64,000 nt of DNA from an uncultured Gammaproteobacteria bacterium. GTDB taxonomy: Bacteria > Patescibacteriota > Microgenomatia > Daviesbacterales > UBA10151. Shown in pieces: positions 39,037 to 49,909 of the stretch. Made by a program: the position numbers and the translations under genes. The stretch spans positions 1,545 through 65,544 of the forward strand of contig CAYMTV010000001.1 of NCBI GenBank assembly GCA_964393525.1, in the 5' to 3' direction. Below the pieces are notes generated by a model, which did not search any database, was not told where the DNA came from, and saw nothing but the letters and a program-made list of their open reading frames with translations. The stretch's first letter is position 1. The number at the start of each line of letters is the position of its first letter.

Positions 39037-39597
39037 ATGGCGTTTTTGGCTCTTGCATTTTTATACATCCTGTTTTTTATTTTTGGTATTTTGTTACCAT
39101 TGTTCCTTGTTTCTTTTGTTATCTTTGGGATTTTCTCTGAAATTAAAGGCGCGCCTTTTGTCCCGACTTCAAATCAATATTTAAAAGATATTTTGGAAAA
39201 AGCCAAATTAAAAAAGGACCAGACCTTTATTGAGCTTGGTAGCGGGGATGGAAGGGTAACCCGGTTTGCAGTAAAAAATTTTGAAGTAAGAGGTGTGGGG
39301 ATTGATATACACCCGATTTTAGTTTGGTATTCAATCTTAATCTCAAAGCTGCAAAAGCTGAAAAACATTCAATTTTTAAAAAATGATTTTTTTAAGTATA
39401 ACCTGCAAAAAGCAGACATTTTATTTTTATTTCTTTTACCCAAAACTTTAAAAAAGCTCGCACCGAAGTTTTTGAAAGAATGCAAAAAAGGATCTTTAGT
39501 CATATCCCATGGATTTAAAATTCCGGGATTTGAGAATTATTTAACTGACTCTACGCCTAGAAAAGACTTCCCGACCTATTACTACAAAATCACTTGA
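39037..39597 (+). CDS. Membrane-anchored class I SAM-dependent methyltransferase
   Basis: APFVPT, ELGSGDGR, GIDI. Confidence 0.85.
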   Translation: MAFLALAFLYILFFIFGILLPLFLVSFVIFGIFSEIKGAPFVPTSNQYLKDILEKAKLKKDQTFIELGSGDGRVTRFAVKNFEVRGVGIDIHPILVWYSILISKLQKLKNIQFLKNDFFKYNLQKADILFLFLLPKTLKKLAPKFLKECKKGSLVISHGFKIPGFENYLTDSTPRKDFPTYYYKIT

Positions 39598-39629
39598 CAG
39601 AGGCTATAGTTTTAAAGTATTAAGCATCT

Positions 39630-40334
39630 GTGGAAGAAACTTTAATAAGCAAAAAAGCTTTTTTAGTTTTGTTTGCAATATTGCTAGTTATTGGATTAGG
39701 GGTGGCATTGGTATCAAACTTTAATCAGACAAGTAAGCCTGTTCAGTCCCCCTCGCCCTCTCCTCAAGACCTATTATTTAATGATCAAAATCAAAGCCAA
39801 ACCAGACAAAACCAACAACAAGCTCAGAATCTCCGGCCTCCACAGGAGCCGCAAAAACAACCAAAACAATACCCAAAATTCCCAGGAGTTTTACCGGAGA
39901 CAGAATTGAATGACAAAAAAGCTGTGATAAAGACTAAAAAAGGTCTAATAGAGTTTGTAATAGATCCTTCCGCGCCTAAGGCAGCTTCAAATTTCATTTT
40001 TCTTACTAAAGAAGGTTTTTATGATGGGTTGACTTTTCATCGGGTTGTACCGGGGTTTGTAATTCAAGGTGGGGATCCTACAGGAACCGGCAGCGGAGGA
40101 CCGGGATACAGATTTGAAGATGAGAAGGTTTTGAAAAAATATCTAAAAGGAGTAGTAGCTATGGCTAATGCCGGACCGAATACCAATGGTTCGCAATTTT
40201 TCATAGTTCTGGAAGACCAAACGGATCTCCCCCCAAACTACACAATCTTTGGAGCTGTGATAGAAGGTATGGATGTTGTAGAGCAAATTAAAAAAGGTGA
40301 TGTAATGGAAAAGGTGACAATCGAAGAAATTTAA
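39630..40334 (+). CDS. Membrane-anchored cyclophilin-type peptidyl-prolyl isomerase
   Basis: FHRVVPGFVIQGGDP, AMANAGPNTNGSQFFI. Confidence 0.93.
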   Translation: MEETLISKKAFLVLFAILLVIGLGVALVSNFNQTSKPVQSPSPSPQDLLFNDQNQSQTRQNQQQAQNLRPPQEPQKQPKQYPKFPGVLPETELNDKKAVIKTKKGLIEFVIDPSAPKAASNFIFLTKEGFYDGLTFHRVVPGFVIQGGDPTGTGSGGPGYRFEDEKVLKKYLKGVVAMANAGPNTNGSQFFIVLEDQTDLPPNYTIFGAVIEGMDVVEQIKKGDVMEKVTIEEI

Positions 40335-40344
40335 CACCCATCTA

Positions 40345-40447
40345 TCCAATATCTTGTGTATTGACAGCTCTTCTATTCAATATGCTAACTTAAATATACC
40401 AGCAAAGATGTTGAATACCTGGTAGGCGTAGGGTACAATATCTTGTA
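40345..40447. promoter_or_regulatory. NrdR-box-like sites upstream of nrdR
   Basis: tccaatatcttgtg (40345-40358) and tacaatatcttgta (40434-40447) resemble acaCwAtATaTwGtg. Confidence 0.7.
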
Positions 40448-40893
40448 TGAGGTGTATATTTTGCGGTAGCGAACAAAGCTCGGTAATAGACAAAAGAGGA
40501 GTAAGATCCACCGGAGAAATCAGAAGACGCAGGGAATGTTTGAAATGCCATGAGCGTTTCACAACTTATGAGAGGGTAAGCGCTTTTGAGCTTAATGTTT
40601 TAAAGCGGGATGGCTCAAAAGAAGCTTTCGATAAAAATAAAATAAGATCAGGTTTGGCTAAAGCTTTGGAAAAACGCCCTCAGTTTGAAAATTTGGAAGA
40701 GATTGTTGAAAAAGTTATTGCCCGTTTGAAACTAAAGGGTAAAAAAGAGATAGAAAGCAAGGCAATAGGCAGGGCCGTTCTAAACGAGCTGAAAAAAAGA
40801 GACCAGGTGGCATATTTGCGCTTTGCTTCGGTCTATAGAGATTTTAAGCACCTGGAAGACTTTGAAAAAGAACTAAAAAGCCTTAACGTTTGA
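40447..40893 (+). CDS. nrdR: Transcriptional repressor NrdR
   Basis: MRCIFC, RRRREC..C, RFTTYE, ATP cone, AYLRFASVY. Confidence 0.96.
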   Translation: MRCIFCGSEQSSVIDKRGVRSTGEIRRRRECLKCHERFTTYERVSAFELNVLKRDGSKEAFDKNKIRSGLAKALEKRPQFENLEEIVEKVIARLKLKGKKEIESKAIGRAVLNELKKRDQVAYLRFASVYRDFKHLEDFEKELKSLNV

Positions 40894-40950
40894 TATACAA
40901 TATATTGTATAGAATTTGATATCTTGTCAAGTTATTACACAATATATATG
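40894..40950. promoter_or_regulatory. NrdR boxes upstream of nrdJ
   Basis: Perfect palindrome tatacaatatattgtata (40894-40911); further gatatcttgt and acacaatatatatg copies. Confidence 0.75.
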
Positions 40951-40984
40951 ATATTCTTTATTGATTAAACTAGCATTAAATGTT

Positions 40985-43549
40985 ATGCAAAATCTAACCA
41001 AAAAACCTAGAAAAATTCAAGACCAAACAACCTCTTTGGAGGTCACTGTCCCCAAAACTTATGGTAAAGCCAAGAAAACAAACGGTCATGTCAAAACCAA
41101 TGGTCATGCAAATGGCTCGGCCAAAAAACAACTTGATCCGGCAGCGGTTGAAGCTGCAGCAAGAAGTTTAGTCCCAAACATTGATGCAAAAACTGAATTG
41201 GAGGGTATCAGGCAAAAAGTTTTTCTGGACAGGTATTCCCTAAAAGATATAGATGGTAAACCCGTAGAGGCTACAGTTGAACAGATGTGGCAAAGAGTCG
41301 CAGGAGGTATAGCCATGGAGGAGAAAACTCCTGCTTTGCAAAGGCAGTGGGCACAAAAGTTTTATCAGGCAATGACTGACTTTAAGTTTGTCCCGGCAGG
41401 ACGAATTTTATCCGGCGCAGGAACGGGTTATGAGGTAACTTTTTTTAACTGCTATGTCATCCCATCCCCGAAAGACTCAAGAGGGGGGATTATGGAGAAT
41501 ATTACCCATACTGTTGAGATCCAAGCTAGGGGCGGAGGTGTGGGGATTAACTTGGCATCTTTAAGGCCTTCTGGCGCAAGGGTTCGCAAGGTTAACGGTA
41601 CTTCTTCCGGCCCTGTTTCCTGGGCTAAACTGTATTCTGCAGCCAACCATGATGTTATTCAACAGGGTGGCTCAAGAAGAGGAGCTTTGATGTTGATGCT
41701 GCATGATTGGCATCCGGATATAGTGGAATTTATTCATGCCAAAGAGGACGGGCAGTCTATCCCCGGCGCTAATTTATCGGTTTGTATCTCGGATAAATTT
41801 ATGGAGGCTTTAGAAAATGATGGTGATTGGACAACTCGTTTTCCCGATACAACCGATCCTGAATATGACGCGTTTTGGGATGGGGATATTGAGAAATGGG
41901 AAGCTTTGGGCAAACCCGTAAAAATTTATGAAACCTACAAAGCCCGCGATATCTGGGATCAGATCTGCACCTCAGCCTGGGCTTCGGCTGAACCTGGGTT
42001 GCACTTTTTAGAAAGGTCCAATAAATGGAGCAATACATATTATTTTGAGAAACTTTTGAGTACAAATCCATGCGGGGAACAGCCCCTGGGTGAATGGGCA
42101 GTTTGTAATTTGGGAGCAATGAATCTGTCGGCATTTGTCAAAGAGGATGGAAGTTTTGATTATAAACTTTTGGATGAAACGGTCAGGATTGCCATGCGGT
42201 TTATGGATAATGTAGTTGATGCCAACCACTACTTTTTTGAGGAGAATGAGAAAAAAGCTAAAGAAATAAGAAGAACCGGAATTGGCACAATGGGCTTGGG
42301 AGATACCCTGATCAAACTGAAATTAAGGTACGGATCAGAGGAAGCAATGCCGATTATTGAAAAAATCTACAAAACTATCCGGGATGCAGCATATGAAACT
42401 TCGGCAGAGCTTGCCAAAGAAAAAGGTTCTTTTCCTAAATTTGATAAAGAGAAATATTTAGAGGGTCATTTTATTAAACAACTTCCCGATGATATTCAGA
42501 CAAAGATTGGCAGTGACGGAATCCGTAATGCGGTTATTTTAACCCAGGCTCCAACCGGGACAACCTCTCTTTTGGCAGGTGTATCCTCAGGGATTGAACC
42601 TGTTTTTGATTTTAAATTCATAAGACGGGATAGAATTGGTGAGCATGTTATATATCATCCGCTTTTCCAAAAGTGGCAGGCGGAAAACCCGGAAGTGGAG
42701 TATGAGAATAGACCTGAATATTTTGTGGGAGCAAATGACATGACTCCTCTAGACCACGTTAAAGTCCAGGCTTTAGTCCAAAAATACACCGATTCCTCGA
42801 TTTCAAAAACAGCTAATGCGCCGCACGAGTTTACAATAGATCAGGTAAAAGAGCTTTACATGCAAGCCTATAAACTTGGCTGCAAAGGAGTAACATTTTT
42901 CAGAGATGGTTCAAGAGGTGGGGTTTTATATCATGATGATGGTAAAAAAGAGGAAAAGATTGAGGAAGCAGTGGTTCCGGTACCGGAAGAAGAACCAAGA
43001 GAACACAGGCCGATGATTCTTCGGGGTCGGACTTATGAGGTTGTAACTCCGGTTGGAAAAGCCTTCATCACAGTTAACAGAGACGAGAAAGAACAGCCGT
43101 TTGAGGTATTTATCACAGTTGGTAAAGGTGGAATGCATACCCAGGCAGATGCGGAAGCAATTGGAAGGCTGACCTCAATTTCTCTTAGAATTGCCAAAGG
43201 CAACAGGCGCGAAATTGCCCAGAAAATAGTTTCCCAACTTTCAGGAATTGGTGGTTCAACCCATGTTGGGTTTGGTAAAAACCGGGTGATGTCTTTGGCA
43301 GACGCAGTCTCCAAGGTTTTAGCAGAGGATCTGGCATTATCTGAAACCGTTGAGGAACCAGCTGAACAGGTACCGCTAAGTATGCCTGCGGAAGCCGAAA
43401 GTAAAGCAGATGATGTCGCCCCTGCTGCAGGTCAACTTGATCTGGCGATCAACAAAGGTGCAGACCTTTGCCCGGAATGTGGAGAAGTAACCTTTGTTCG
43501 GGAAGACGGTTGTGAGAAATGCTACTCCTGCGGCTACTCTAAGTGCTGA
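40985..43549 (+). CDS. nrdJ: Class II (adenosylcobalamin-dependent) ribonucleotide reductase with TSCPD and Zn-ribbon C-terminus
   Basis: FFNC, QGGSRRGA, TNPCGEQPL, CNLG, APTGT, SISKT; CPEC...CYSCGYSKC; no nrdB; adjacent to cobA. Confidence 0.93.
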   Translation: MQNLTKKPRKIQDQTTSLEVTVPKTYGKAKKTNGHVKTNGHANGSAKKQLDPAAVEAAARSLVPNIDAKTELEGIRQKVFLDRYSLKDIDGKPVEATVEQMWQRVAGGIAMEEKTPALQRQWAQKFYQAMTDFKFVPAGRILSGAGTGYEVTFFNCYVIPSPKDSRGGIMENITHTVEIQARGGGVGINLASLRPSGARVRKVNGTSSGPVSWAKLYSAANHDVIQQGGSRRGALMLMLHDWHPDIVEFIHAKEDGQSIPGANLSVCISDKFMEALENDGDWTTRFPDTTDPEYDAFWDGDIEKWEALGKPVKIYETYKARDIWDQICTSAWASAEPGLHFLERSNKWSNTYYFEKLLSTNPCGEQPLGEWAVCNLGAMNLSAFVKEDGSFDYKLLDETVRIAMRFMDNVVDANHYFFEENEKKAKEIRRTGIGTMGLGDTLIKLKLRYGSEEAMPIIEKIYKTIRDAAYETSAELAKEKGSFPKFDKEKYLEGHFIKQLPDDIQTKIGSDGIRNAVILTQAPTGTTSLLAGVSSGIEPVFDFKFIRRDRIGEHVIYHPLFQKWQAENPEVEYENRPEYFVGANDMTPLDHVKVQALVQKYTDSSISKTANAPHEFTIDQVKELYMQAYKLGCKGVTFFRDGSRGGVLYHDDGKKEEKIEEAVVPVPEEEPREHRPMILRGRTYEVVTPVGKAFITVNRDEKEQPFEVFITVGKGGMHTQADAEAIGRLTSISLRIAKGNRREIAQKIVSQLSGIGGSTHVGFGKNRVMSLADAVSKVLAEDLALSETVEEPAEQVPLSMPAEAESKADDVAPAAGQLDLAINKGADLCPECGEVTFVREDGCEKCYSCGYSKC

Positions 43550-43756
43550 CTAAGCTGCTTTATTAAAGACGATTTCGCCTCTTACAGGAACAGGAAATGC
43601 AGGAACATCCTTAAGAGGTTTTCTAGGAGCATTTCTTCTGTAAATTCTCATCGGCTTTCTTGGTAAAACTAGAGGTCTAAACCATCTTATATCTCTTTGA
43701 GGAGGGAAAGGAGCATGTTCAACTGGGCTAACCAATCTTAATTCCAGTCGATTCAT
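43550..43756 (-). CDS. Possible small Pro/Arg-rich protein
   Basis: 68-aa ATG ORF exactly filling the nrdJ-cobA gap, stop abutting the nrdJ stop. Confidence 0.35.
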   Translation of the reverse strand: MNRLELRLVSPVEHAPFPPQRDIRWFRPLVLPRKPMRIYRRNAPRKPLKDVPAFPVPVRGEIVFNKAA

Positions 43757-43814
43757 GTCCTTATGCTATTGAATTTGATGTGTTATCATCTGTAACTAAG
43801 ATTACAGAATTATT

Positions 43815-44366
43815 ATGGGCTCCAAAAAATTTAAGGAAACTAAAAATGGATTGGTGATTGTTTATACCGGAGAAGGTAAGGGGAAGACTACTGCAGCTTT
43901 GGGTTTGGTTTTAAGAGCTGTGGGGTATAAAAAAAAAGTTTTGATTGTCCAATTTTCCAAAGTTTGGTTTACGGGTGAGGTAGAAGCAGTTAAAAAATTA
44001 GCTCCCTACGTAAAATTGGTCCAGGGGGGTTTGGGGTTTGTCAAAATCCTGGATGATAATGCCAAGCTTTCAGAACATAAAAAAGCTGCCAGTAAGCTTT
44101 ATGAATATTTATATAAGGAAATTACATCGGGCAAATGGGATGTGGTGATAGCAGATGAGATAGTAGGGGCTGTTGCCGGGAATGTTTTAAAACAAACCCA
44201 AGTTAATAAGCTCATTAAAGACAAGCCGGAAAAGCTTGATTTAGTCTTAACAGGACATTACGCTAAGGAAAGCTTAATGAGAAAAGCAGATCTGGTTACA
44301 GAAATGGTCCCGGTCAAACATCCATTTGAAAAAGGCTTTTTAGCCAAAGAGGGCATTGATTATTAA
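43815..44366 (+). CDS. btuR: Cob(I)alamin adenosyltransferase (CobA/BtuR/CobO family)
   Basis: YTGEGKGKTTAALG, QF, DE, LTG, ADLVTEM, KHPF..G. Confidence 0.92.
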   Translation: MGSKKFKETKNGLVIVYTGEGKGKTTAALGLVLRAVGYKKKVLIVQFSKVWFTGEVEAVKKLAPYVKLVQGGLGFVKILDDNAKLSEHKKAASKLYEYLYKEITSGKWDVVIADEIVGAVAGNVLKQTQVNKLIKDKPEKLDLVLTGHYAKESLMRKADLVTEMVPVKHPFEKGFLAKEGIDY

Positions 44367-44469
44367 TTATCCTGTAACAATCTTCTTGATCTATTTTTAT
44401 CTAATTATTACAGCAAACTTCTAATATAAGGTATAATGTATTATGAATTACTTTCCAAAATATTAGTAG

Positions 44470-44523
44470 TTGACCCATTCGACTTCGCTCAGGGTTAATA
44501 CTGAGTGAAATTGAAGTATTGAC
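44470..44523. mobile_element. 49-bp palindromic element inserted at the lon -35 box
   Basis: ttgac duplicated (44470-44474, 44519-44523); reverse complement closely matches 8871-8921. Confidence 0.72.
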
Positions 44524-44528
44524 ATGAC

Positions 44529-44555
44529 TTAGCACTCATGTTAGGATACTGCTAA
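44529..44555. promoter_or_regulatory. CIRCE-like HrcA operator overlapping the lon promoter
   Basis: TTAGCACTC-N9-TACTGCTAA (consensus TTAGCACTC-N9-GAGTGCTAA); TTGACA 44519 / TAGGAT 44542 with 17-bp spacer. Confidence 0.75.
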
Positions 44556-44560
44556 ATTAT

Positions 44561-46966
44561 ATGGCACTTGATCCACTGTCCCAACCATTAAAGTTAACCA
44601 AGACAATGCCGGTAGGCCCCTTAAGAGGCACAGTCATCTTTCCCGGAAATACTGTTCCTATAATTTCAGGCAGAGCCAAATCTAAAGCTGCATTGGATGC
44701 CGCCTGGGCAACCAACAGATTGATAGTTTTTGTCACCCAAAAAAATGAAAGAATTGATGACCCCGAGCCCAAAGATTTATACCAGGTAGGCACAGTCTGC
44801 TTAATCAAAAGAATCCTAAAAGTTGATGGTGAATACCAGATGTCCGCTGAAGGACTGGTTAGAGTTTTCCTCAAAAAATTTATCCAGACAACTCCATATT
44901 TTGAAGCTGAAATTGAAGAGATCCCTGAACTTTATGAAAAAACCGAAGAAACGGAAGCCTTAATTCGGACTGTTAAAGATCAGTTAAGAAGGTACCTTGA
45001 GCTTGGCGGCAATGCCTTATTTGACCCTTCTGGTCTCTCAAGCTGGTCATTTTTAACCCAAAATGAAGACCCAAACCATCTGGTAAATTCCATCTGCCAG
45101 ATGATCGAGTTTAAAACAATCGACAAGCAGCAGATTTTAGAGATGGTCTCCGCCTTAGATAAGCTCCAGCGGGTTTCCGAGCTTTTAGCAAAAGAAGTCA
45201 GGATCTTGGAAATTTCCCAAAAAATTTCAACTCATACCCAGGAAAGAGTCTCAAGAATGACCAAAGAAGCAATCCTTAGGGAGCAGATGAAAAGCATAGA
45301 GGAAGAGCTTGGGGAAACCGGCGAAAGTCAGGAGATTAGGGAGTTTGAACTAAAAATCAGGAAAGCCGGAATGCCCAAAGAAGTCCGGGAAAAAGCCAAT
45401 AAAGAGCTTTCAAGATTAGCTAAGATGTCTTCCTATAACCCCGAAGCTGCCTACATCAGAAACTACCTGGAGTGGCTGACTGACCTTCCCTGGAAAACAA
45501 CTTCAAGAATGAAGATAGATATGAAGAAAGCTCAGGAGATTTTGGATGCAGAACATTATGGTCTGAAGAAAGTCAAAGAGAGAGTTTTGGAATACCTGGC
45601 TGTCTTTAAGCTCGCTGGCAAACTAAATGGGCCTATTCTTTGTTTTGCAGGACCCCCGGGAACAGGTAAAACTTCAATTGGCAAGTCGATAGCCAAAGCC
45701 TTAGGTAGAAAATTTGTCAAAGTTTCTCTGGGAGGAATCAGAGATGAAGCTGAAATCAGGGGTCATAGAAGAACTTACGTTGGATCAATGCCCGGAAGAG
45801 TAATTCAGTCGATTAAACAAGCAGGAACCACCAACCCGGTATTTATGCTTGATGAAATTGACAAAATCGGGGCCGATTATAGGGGTGATCCTTCAGCAGC
45901 GCTTTTGGAGGCATTAGACCCTGAACAAAACCACGCATTTTCTGACCATTACTTGGAAGTATCTTATGACCTTTCAAACGTCATGTTTATTACAACTGCC
46001 AATGTTTTGGATACAATCCCCCCGGCTTTAAGAGACAGGTTGGAGGTTATTCCCTATCCCGGATATACTCAAGATGAAAAATTCCACATTGCCAAAAACT
46101 TTTTAGTCCCAAAAATTATGCAGTCTCATGGCATGAAAGGGAAAAAGATCGAATTTGAAGATGGTGCAATCAGGCAGGTTATTGAAGGTTACACCAGAGA
46201 AGCAGGAGTTAGGAGCCTGGAAAGGGAGTTATCGGCGATAGTTAGAAAAATCGCCAGGAAATTTGCCGAAGGTGAGAAAAAAGACACCTTTATGGTTTCC
46301 GCCGAAGAAGTAAGAAAGCTTTTAGGTCCGGTCAAATTCCTGCCTCAGCTGGCTGAGATGGAAGATATGATCGGTGCCTCAACAGGATTGGCTGTGACAG
46401 AAGCAGGAGGAGATGTACTGTTTATTGAGGTGACTTTAATGCCGGGCAAAGGATCTTTGCAGCTTACAGGACAATTAGGTGAGATTATGAAAGAATCCGG
46501 GCAGGCTGCAATGAGTTATGTTAGGTCTCACTGGGCCAAACTCGGGTTGCCGGAGAAATTCTTCCATAAAGTAGATGTCCATGTTCACGTACCAGAAGGT
46601 GCGGTTCCCAAAGACGGACCTTCTGCCGGAATTGCCCTAACAACTGCTATTGTCTCGGCATTTACTAAGATTCCTGTCAGAAAAGATGTGGCGATGACCG
46701 GAGAGGTAACGCTTCGGGGAAGGGTTTTGGAAATTGGCGGACTGAAAGAAAAAGTTTTGGCAGCTCACAGGGCTGGAATTAAAAAGCTAATTGCTCCAGA
46801 TCATAACAGAAAAGATCTAGAGGATATTCCTCAATATGTATTGGATGATATTGAGTTTCATTTTGTCAAACATATGGACGATGTCTTAAGAGTAGCTTTA
46901 ACTCGGGAACCGGGTGCAACATCTCACAAAAGACTCCCAATCTCCCCTCGGCCTGCCCTAGCCTAA
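44561..46966 (+). CDS. lon: ATP-dependent Lon protease
   Basis: LON N-domain, [30 protein letters not shown]. Confidence 0.97.
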   Translation: MALDPLSQPLKLTKTMPVGPLRGTVIFPGNTVPIISGRAKSKAALDAAWATNRLIVFVTQKNERIDDPEPKDLYQVGTVCLIKRILKVDGEYQMSAEGLVRVFLKKFIQTTPYFEAEIEEIPELYEKTEETEALIRTVKDQLRRYLELGGNALFDPSGLSSWSFLTQNEDPNHLVNSICQMIEFKTIDKQQILEMVSALDKLQRVSELLAKEVRILEISQKISTHTQERVSRMTKEAILREQMKSIEEELGETGESQEIREFELKIRKAGMPKEVREKANKELSRLAKMSSYNPEAAYIRNYLEWLTDLPWKTTSRMKIDMKKAQEILDAEHYGLKKVKERVLEYLAVFKLAGKLNGPILCFAGPPGTGKTSIGKSIAKALGRKFVKVSLGGIRDEAEIRGHRRTYVGSMPGRVIQSIKQAGTTNPVFMLDEIDKIGADYRGDPSAALLEALDPEQNHAFSDHYLEVSYDLSNVMFITTANVLDTIPPALRDRLEVIPYPGYTQDEKFHIAKNFLVPKIMQSHGMKGKKIEFEDGAIRQVIEGYTREAGVRSLERELSAIVRKIARKFAEGEKKDTFMVSAEEVRKLLGPVKFLPQLAEMEDMIGASTGLAVTEAGGDVLFIEVTLMPGKGSLQLTGQLGEIMKESGQAAMSYVRSHWAKLGLPEKFFHKVDVHVHVPEGAVPKDGPSAGIALTTAIVSAFTKIPVRKDVAMTGEVTLRGRVLEIGGLKEKVLAAHRAGIKKLIAPDHNRKDLEDIPQYVLDDIEFHFVKHMDDVLRVALTREPGATSHKRLPISPRPALA

Positions 46967-47008
46967 GTAAATATTGACTTTGAAAATATATCTTGTTAGA
47001 TTGATTTT

Positions 47009-47785
47009 GTGAATAAGGCGTTGGGTTTAATTATTATCCTTCTGCTGCTTGGAGTAGCAGGCTTTGTTTTGATCAATACCCAGTCTAAACCAGAGGTAGA
47101 AAAAGAAGAGGCAAAAACGGTTCCTAAACTGGAAACCTCGGCGCCAGATACAAGCTCTCAGTTTACCTTTCAGACCCCTAAAAAAAGCGCCCACTTTGAA
47201 AGCAATACCCCAGAGCATGGAGCAGTTTTTGCGGGAGTTCCCATTAATGTTGTGATTAACTTCAACTTTGATTTGGCAGAGCCCTCGGATATTTCGATCA
47301 CTGGTTCAGATAATAAGGAATATGGCGTAGGGGAAACGATTATTGATCAAAACAAACTAGTGCTGAGAAAGGTGATGGATCAAAGCTCTCCTGATGGTAA
47401 ATATAAGGTGACTTACAATGCCTGCTGGCCAGATAAAAACTGTCATGATGGGTATTTTGAGTTTGCTGTAGATAGATCTAAACAGAAAAGCTTTATCAAT
47501 TTAAAAAACCGAAAAGAATTAACCATTGATATGAAAGATATTAAATTTCAGCCCGAAAATATTTTAATAAGCCCGGGGACAAAAATAACCTGGATTAACA
47601 TCGATAATGTGGATCATTTTATAAATACCGAGTCACATCCTGCTCATACCTACTATCCCGAGCAAAACTCAAGAGCCTTAAAAAAAGGAGATAAATATAC
47701 GCTCACTTTTAATAAGCCCGGGATATATCTTTACCACTGCAGTGCCCACGAAGCCTATATGAAGGGCGCAGTAGTCGTAGATTAA
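47009..47785 (+). CDS. Membrane-anchored CopC-like + cupredoxin fusion
   Basis: AHFESNTP, GKYKV...CWPD.NCH.G; C-terminal cupredoxin with H...YHCSAH...M. Confidence 0.78.
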   Translation: MNKALGLIIILLLLGVAGFVLINTQSKPEVEKEEAKTVPKLETSAPDTSSQFTFQTPKKSAHFESNTPEHGAVFAGVPINVVINFNFDLAEPSDISITGSDNKEYGVGETIIDQNKLVLRKVMDQSSPDGKYKVTYNACWPDKNCHDGYFEFAVDRSKQKSFINLKNRKELTIDMKDIKFQPENILISPGTKITWINIDNVDHFINTESHPAHTYYPEQNSRALKKGDKYTLTFNKPGIYLYHCSAHEAYMKGAVVVD

Positions 47786-47895
47786 AGCTTGACTAAATTA
47801 AACTCATAGTGTAAATTTGATCATAATGTCCCGCACGATGCGGGATTTTTCAGACCTAGACAAAAACTGAGTCGGTTTGTTAGTGTATTAATACC

Positions 47896-49908
47896 ATGGA
47901 TTTCATACTCAACAATTTGGCAAATACTTTAATATGGGGTGGGGCGCTTGCCGCAACAATTTATGGTTTATTTTTAGGCGGGTGGATCCTAAAGCAGCCC
48001 AGGGGTGATGAAAAGATGAATGAAATTGCATCTGCCATTCAACAAGGGGCAGCAGCTTACCTTACAAGGCAATATACAGTTGTCGGCGTAGTGGCCTTAG
48101 TTTTAGCCGCATTGATATTTCAATTCTTCGGTTTAAACAGCGCTTTAGGGTTTATCGTAGGTAGCGTCTCTTCGGCATTTGCCGGATTGATCGGTATGCT
48201 GGTGGCTGTTCGGGCCAACGTCCGTTGTGCAGAAGCTGCCAAAAAAGGCTTGCCTCAGGCTTTTGAAGTAGCTTTTAAGGGCGGAACTGTTACCGGGTTT
48301 CTGGTTGTGGGACTTGCTTTGGCTGCAGTTTACGGATTTTATCAATACAGCCAGGATTTGCCTTCACTGATATCCTTGGGTTTTGGAGCTTCGCTTATTT
48401 CGGTTTTTGCCAGGCTTGGAGGAGGGATTTATACCAAGGGTGCTGATGTTGGAACGGATATGGTGGGAAAAGTCGAAGCCGGAATCCCCGAGGATGACCC
48501 AAGAAACCCGGGGGTAATTGCCGATCTGGTTGGAGATAATGTTGGAGATGATGCCGGAATGGCAGCAGATGTTTTTGAAACTTATGTTGTTACGGCAATT
48601 GCTGCCATACTTTTGGGTAACTTACTTTTTCCAAGCAGTGGAGTTCCGGTTTTGTCATCAATTGTAAATTATCCTTTGAGCTTAATGGCTGTGGCTATTT
48701 TTGCCTCAATCATAGGTAGTCTTTTTGTTCGTCTTCAGGGCAAAAAAATTATGGGCACCCTTTATCTCGGGTTAATTATTACCGTAGGGCTCTCGGCAGT
48801 TTTTTTCTTTCTTGTCACAAATTATTTTGCCGGAGGATTCATAGGTGTTGAGCCCATGAACTTGTTTATTTCCACTTTGATCGGATTGGCTGTTACCGGC
48901 GGTATGGTTTATATTACCGAGTACTATACCGGGACCCAATATAATCCGGTCAAGCACATCGCCGAAGCTTCCAAAACCGGCCACGGAGCTAATATAATAG
49001 TTGGTTTAGCTATATCGCTTAAGTCAACTTTTGCACCAATTGTTTTAATCTCAATGGCAATCCTGTTTGCTTTTTCTCTGGCCGGGTTATATGGTATCGC
49101 CCTGGCTGCAGTAGCGATGCTTTCTTTGGCAGGGATAGTTGTGGCAATTGATGCATTCGGCCCGATTACCGACAATGCGGGAGGGATTGCCGAAATGTCT
49201 TCTCTTCCCACAAAGGTAAGAAATGTAACCGATCCTTTGGATGCTGTCGGAAATACCACCAAGGCCGTGACCAAAGGATATGCTATTGCTTCAGCCGGGC
49301 TGGCAGCACTGGTTTTGTTTGCAGCGTACGCCCAGGAGCTTGGTGAGGGTGTAGAATTTTCCTTGTCCAATCCAAACGTTTTAATCGGACTTTTTATTGG
49401 TGGAGCGCTGCCGTACCTTTTTGCTTCCTTTGCAATGGAAGCTGTCGGAAAGGCCGGAGCTGCTGTGGTGGTTGAGGTAAGAAGACAGTTTAAGACCATT
49501 AAGGGGATTATGGAGGGGAAAGCCAAACCGGATTATGCAGCTTGTGTTTCAATAGTTACTGCCACCGCTCAAAGAGAAATGATTATACCAACCTTAATAC
49601 CAATAGTGATTCCTGTACTATTAGCTTTGCTTTTAGGTCCTGAAGCTTTAGGGGGATTACTTATGGGAGTAATTGTCACCGGGCTTTTTGTGGCACTGTC
49701 CATGACTACCGGTGGTGCAGCCTGGGATAATGCCAAAAAATATATTGAATCAGGCCATTTTGGAGGCAAAGGATCTTTTGCCCACCAGTCCGCAGTAACA
49801 GGGGATACAGTAGGGGATCCATACAAGGACACAGCAGGGCCTGCGATAAATCCCATGATTAAAGTTGCAAATATTGTTGCACTACTACTAGTACCCTTTT
49901 TAAGATAA
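47896..49908 (+). CDS. hppA: Membrane H+-translocating pyrophosphatase, K+-independent type
   Basis: [52 protein letters not shown]. Confidence 0.95.
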   Translation: MDFILNNLANTLIWGGALAATIYGLFLGGWILKQPRGDEKMNEIASAIQQGAAAYLTRQYTVVGVVALVLAALIFQFFGLNSALGFIVGSVSSAFAGLIGMLVAVRANVRCAEAAKKGLPQAFEVAFKGGTVTGFLVVGLALAAVYGFYQYSQDLPSLISLGFGASLISVFARLGGGIYTKGADVGTDMVGKVEAGIPEDDPRNPGVIADLVGDNVGDDAGMAADVFETYVVTAIAAILLGNLLFPSSGVPVLSSIVNYPLSLMAVAIFASIIGSLFVRLQGKKIMGTLYLGLIITVGLSAVFFFLVTNYFAGGFIGVEPMNLFISTLIGLAVTGGMVYITEYYTGTQYNPVKHIAEASKTGHGANIIVGLAISLKSTFAPIVLISMAILFAFSLAGLYGIALAAVAMLSLAGIVVAIDAFGPITDNAGGIAEMSSLPTKVRNVTDPLDAVGNTTKAVTKGYAIASAGLAALVLFAAYAQELGEGVEFSLSNPNVLIGLFIGGALPYLFASFAMEAVGKAGAAVVVEVRRQFKTIKGIMEGKAKPDYAACVSIVTATAQREMIIPTLIPIVIPVLLALLLGPEALGGLLMGVIVTGLFVALSMTTGGAAWDNAKKYIESGHFGGKGSFAHQSAVTGDTVGDPYKDTAGPAINPMIKVANIVALLLVPFLR

Positions 49909-49909
49909 A

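Noticed and set aside
40894-43814. Cobalamin riboswitch near nrdJ/cobA, or an intein in NrdJ
   Set aside because: No B12-box-like sequence recognised; RNR motifs are normally spaced with no intein termini or LAGLIDADG motifs
48924-49856. Antisense ORFs over hppA (and similar shadow ORFs over aroC, copA, nrdJ, serS, secA)
   Set aside because: They lie wholly opposite well-supported genes and show no motifs; a codon-bias artefact
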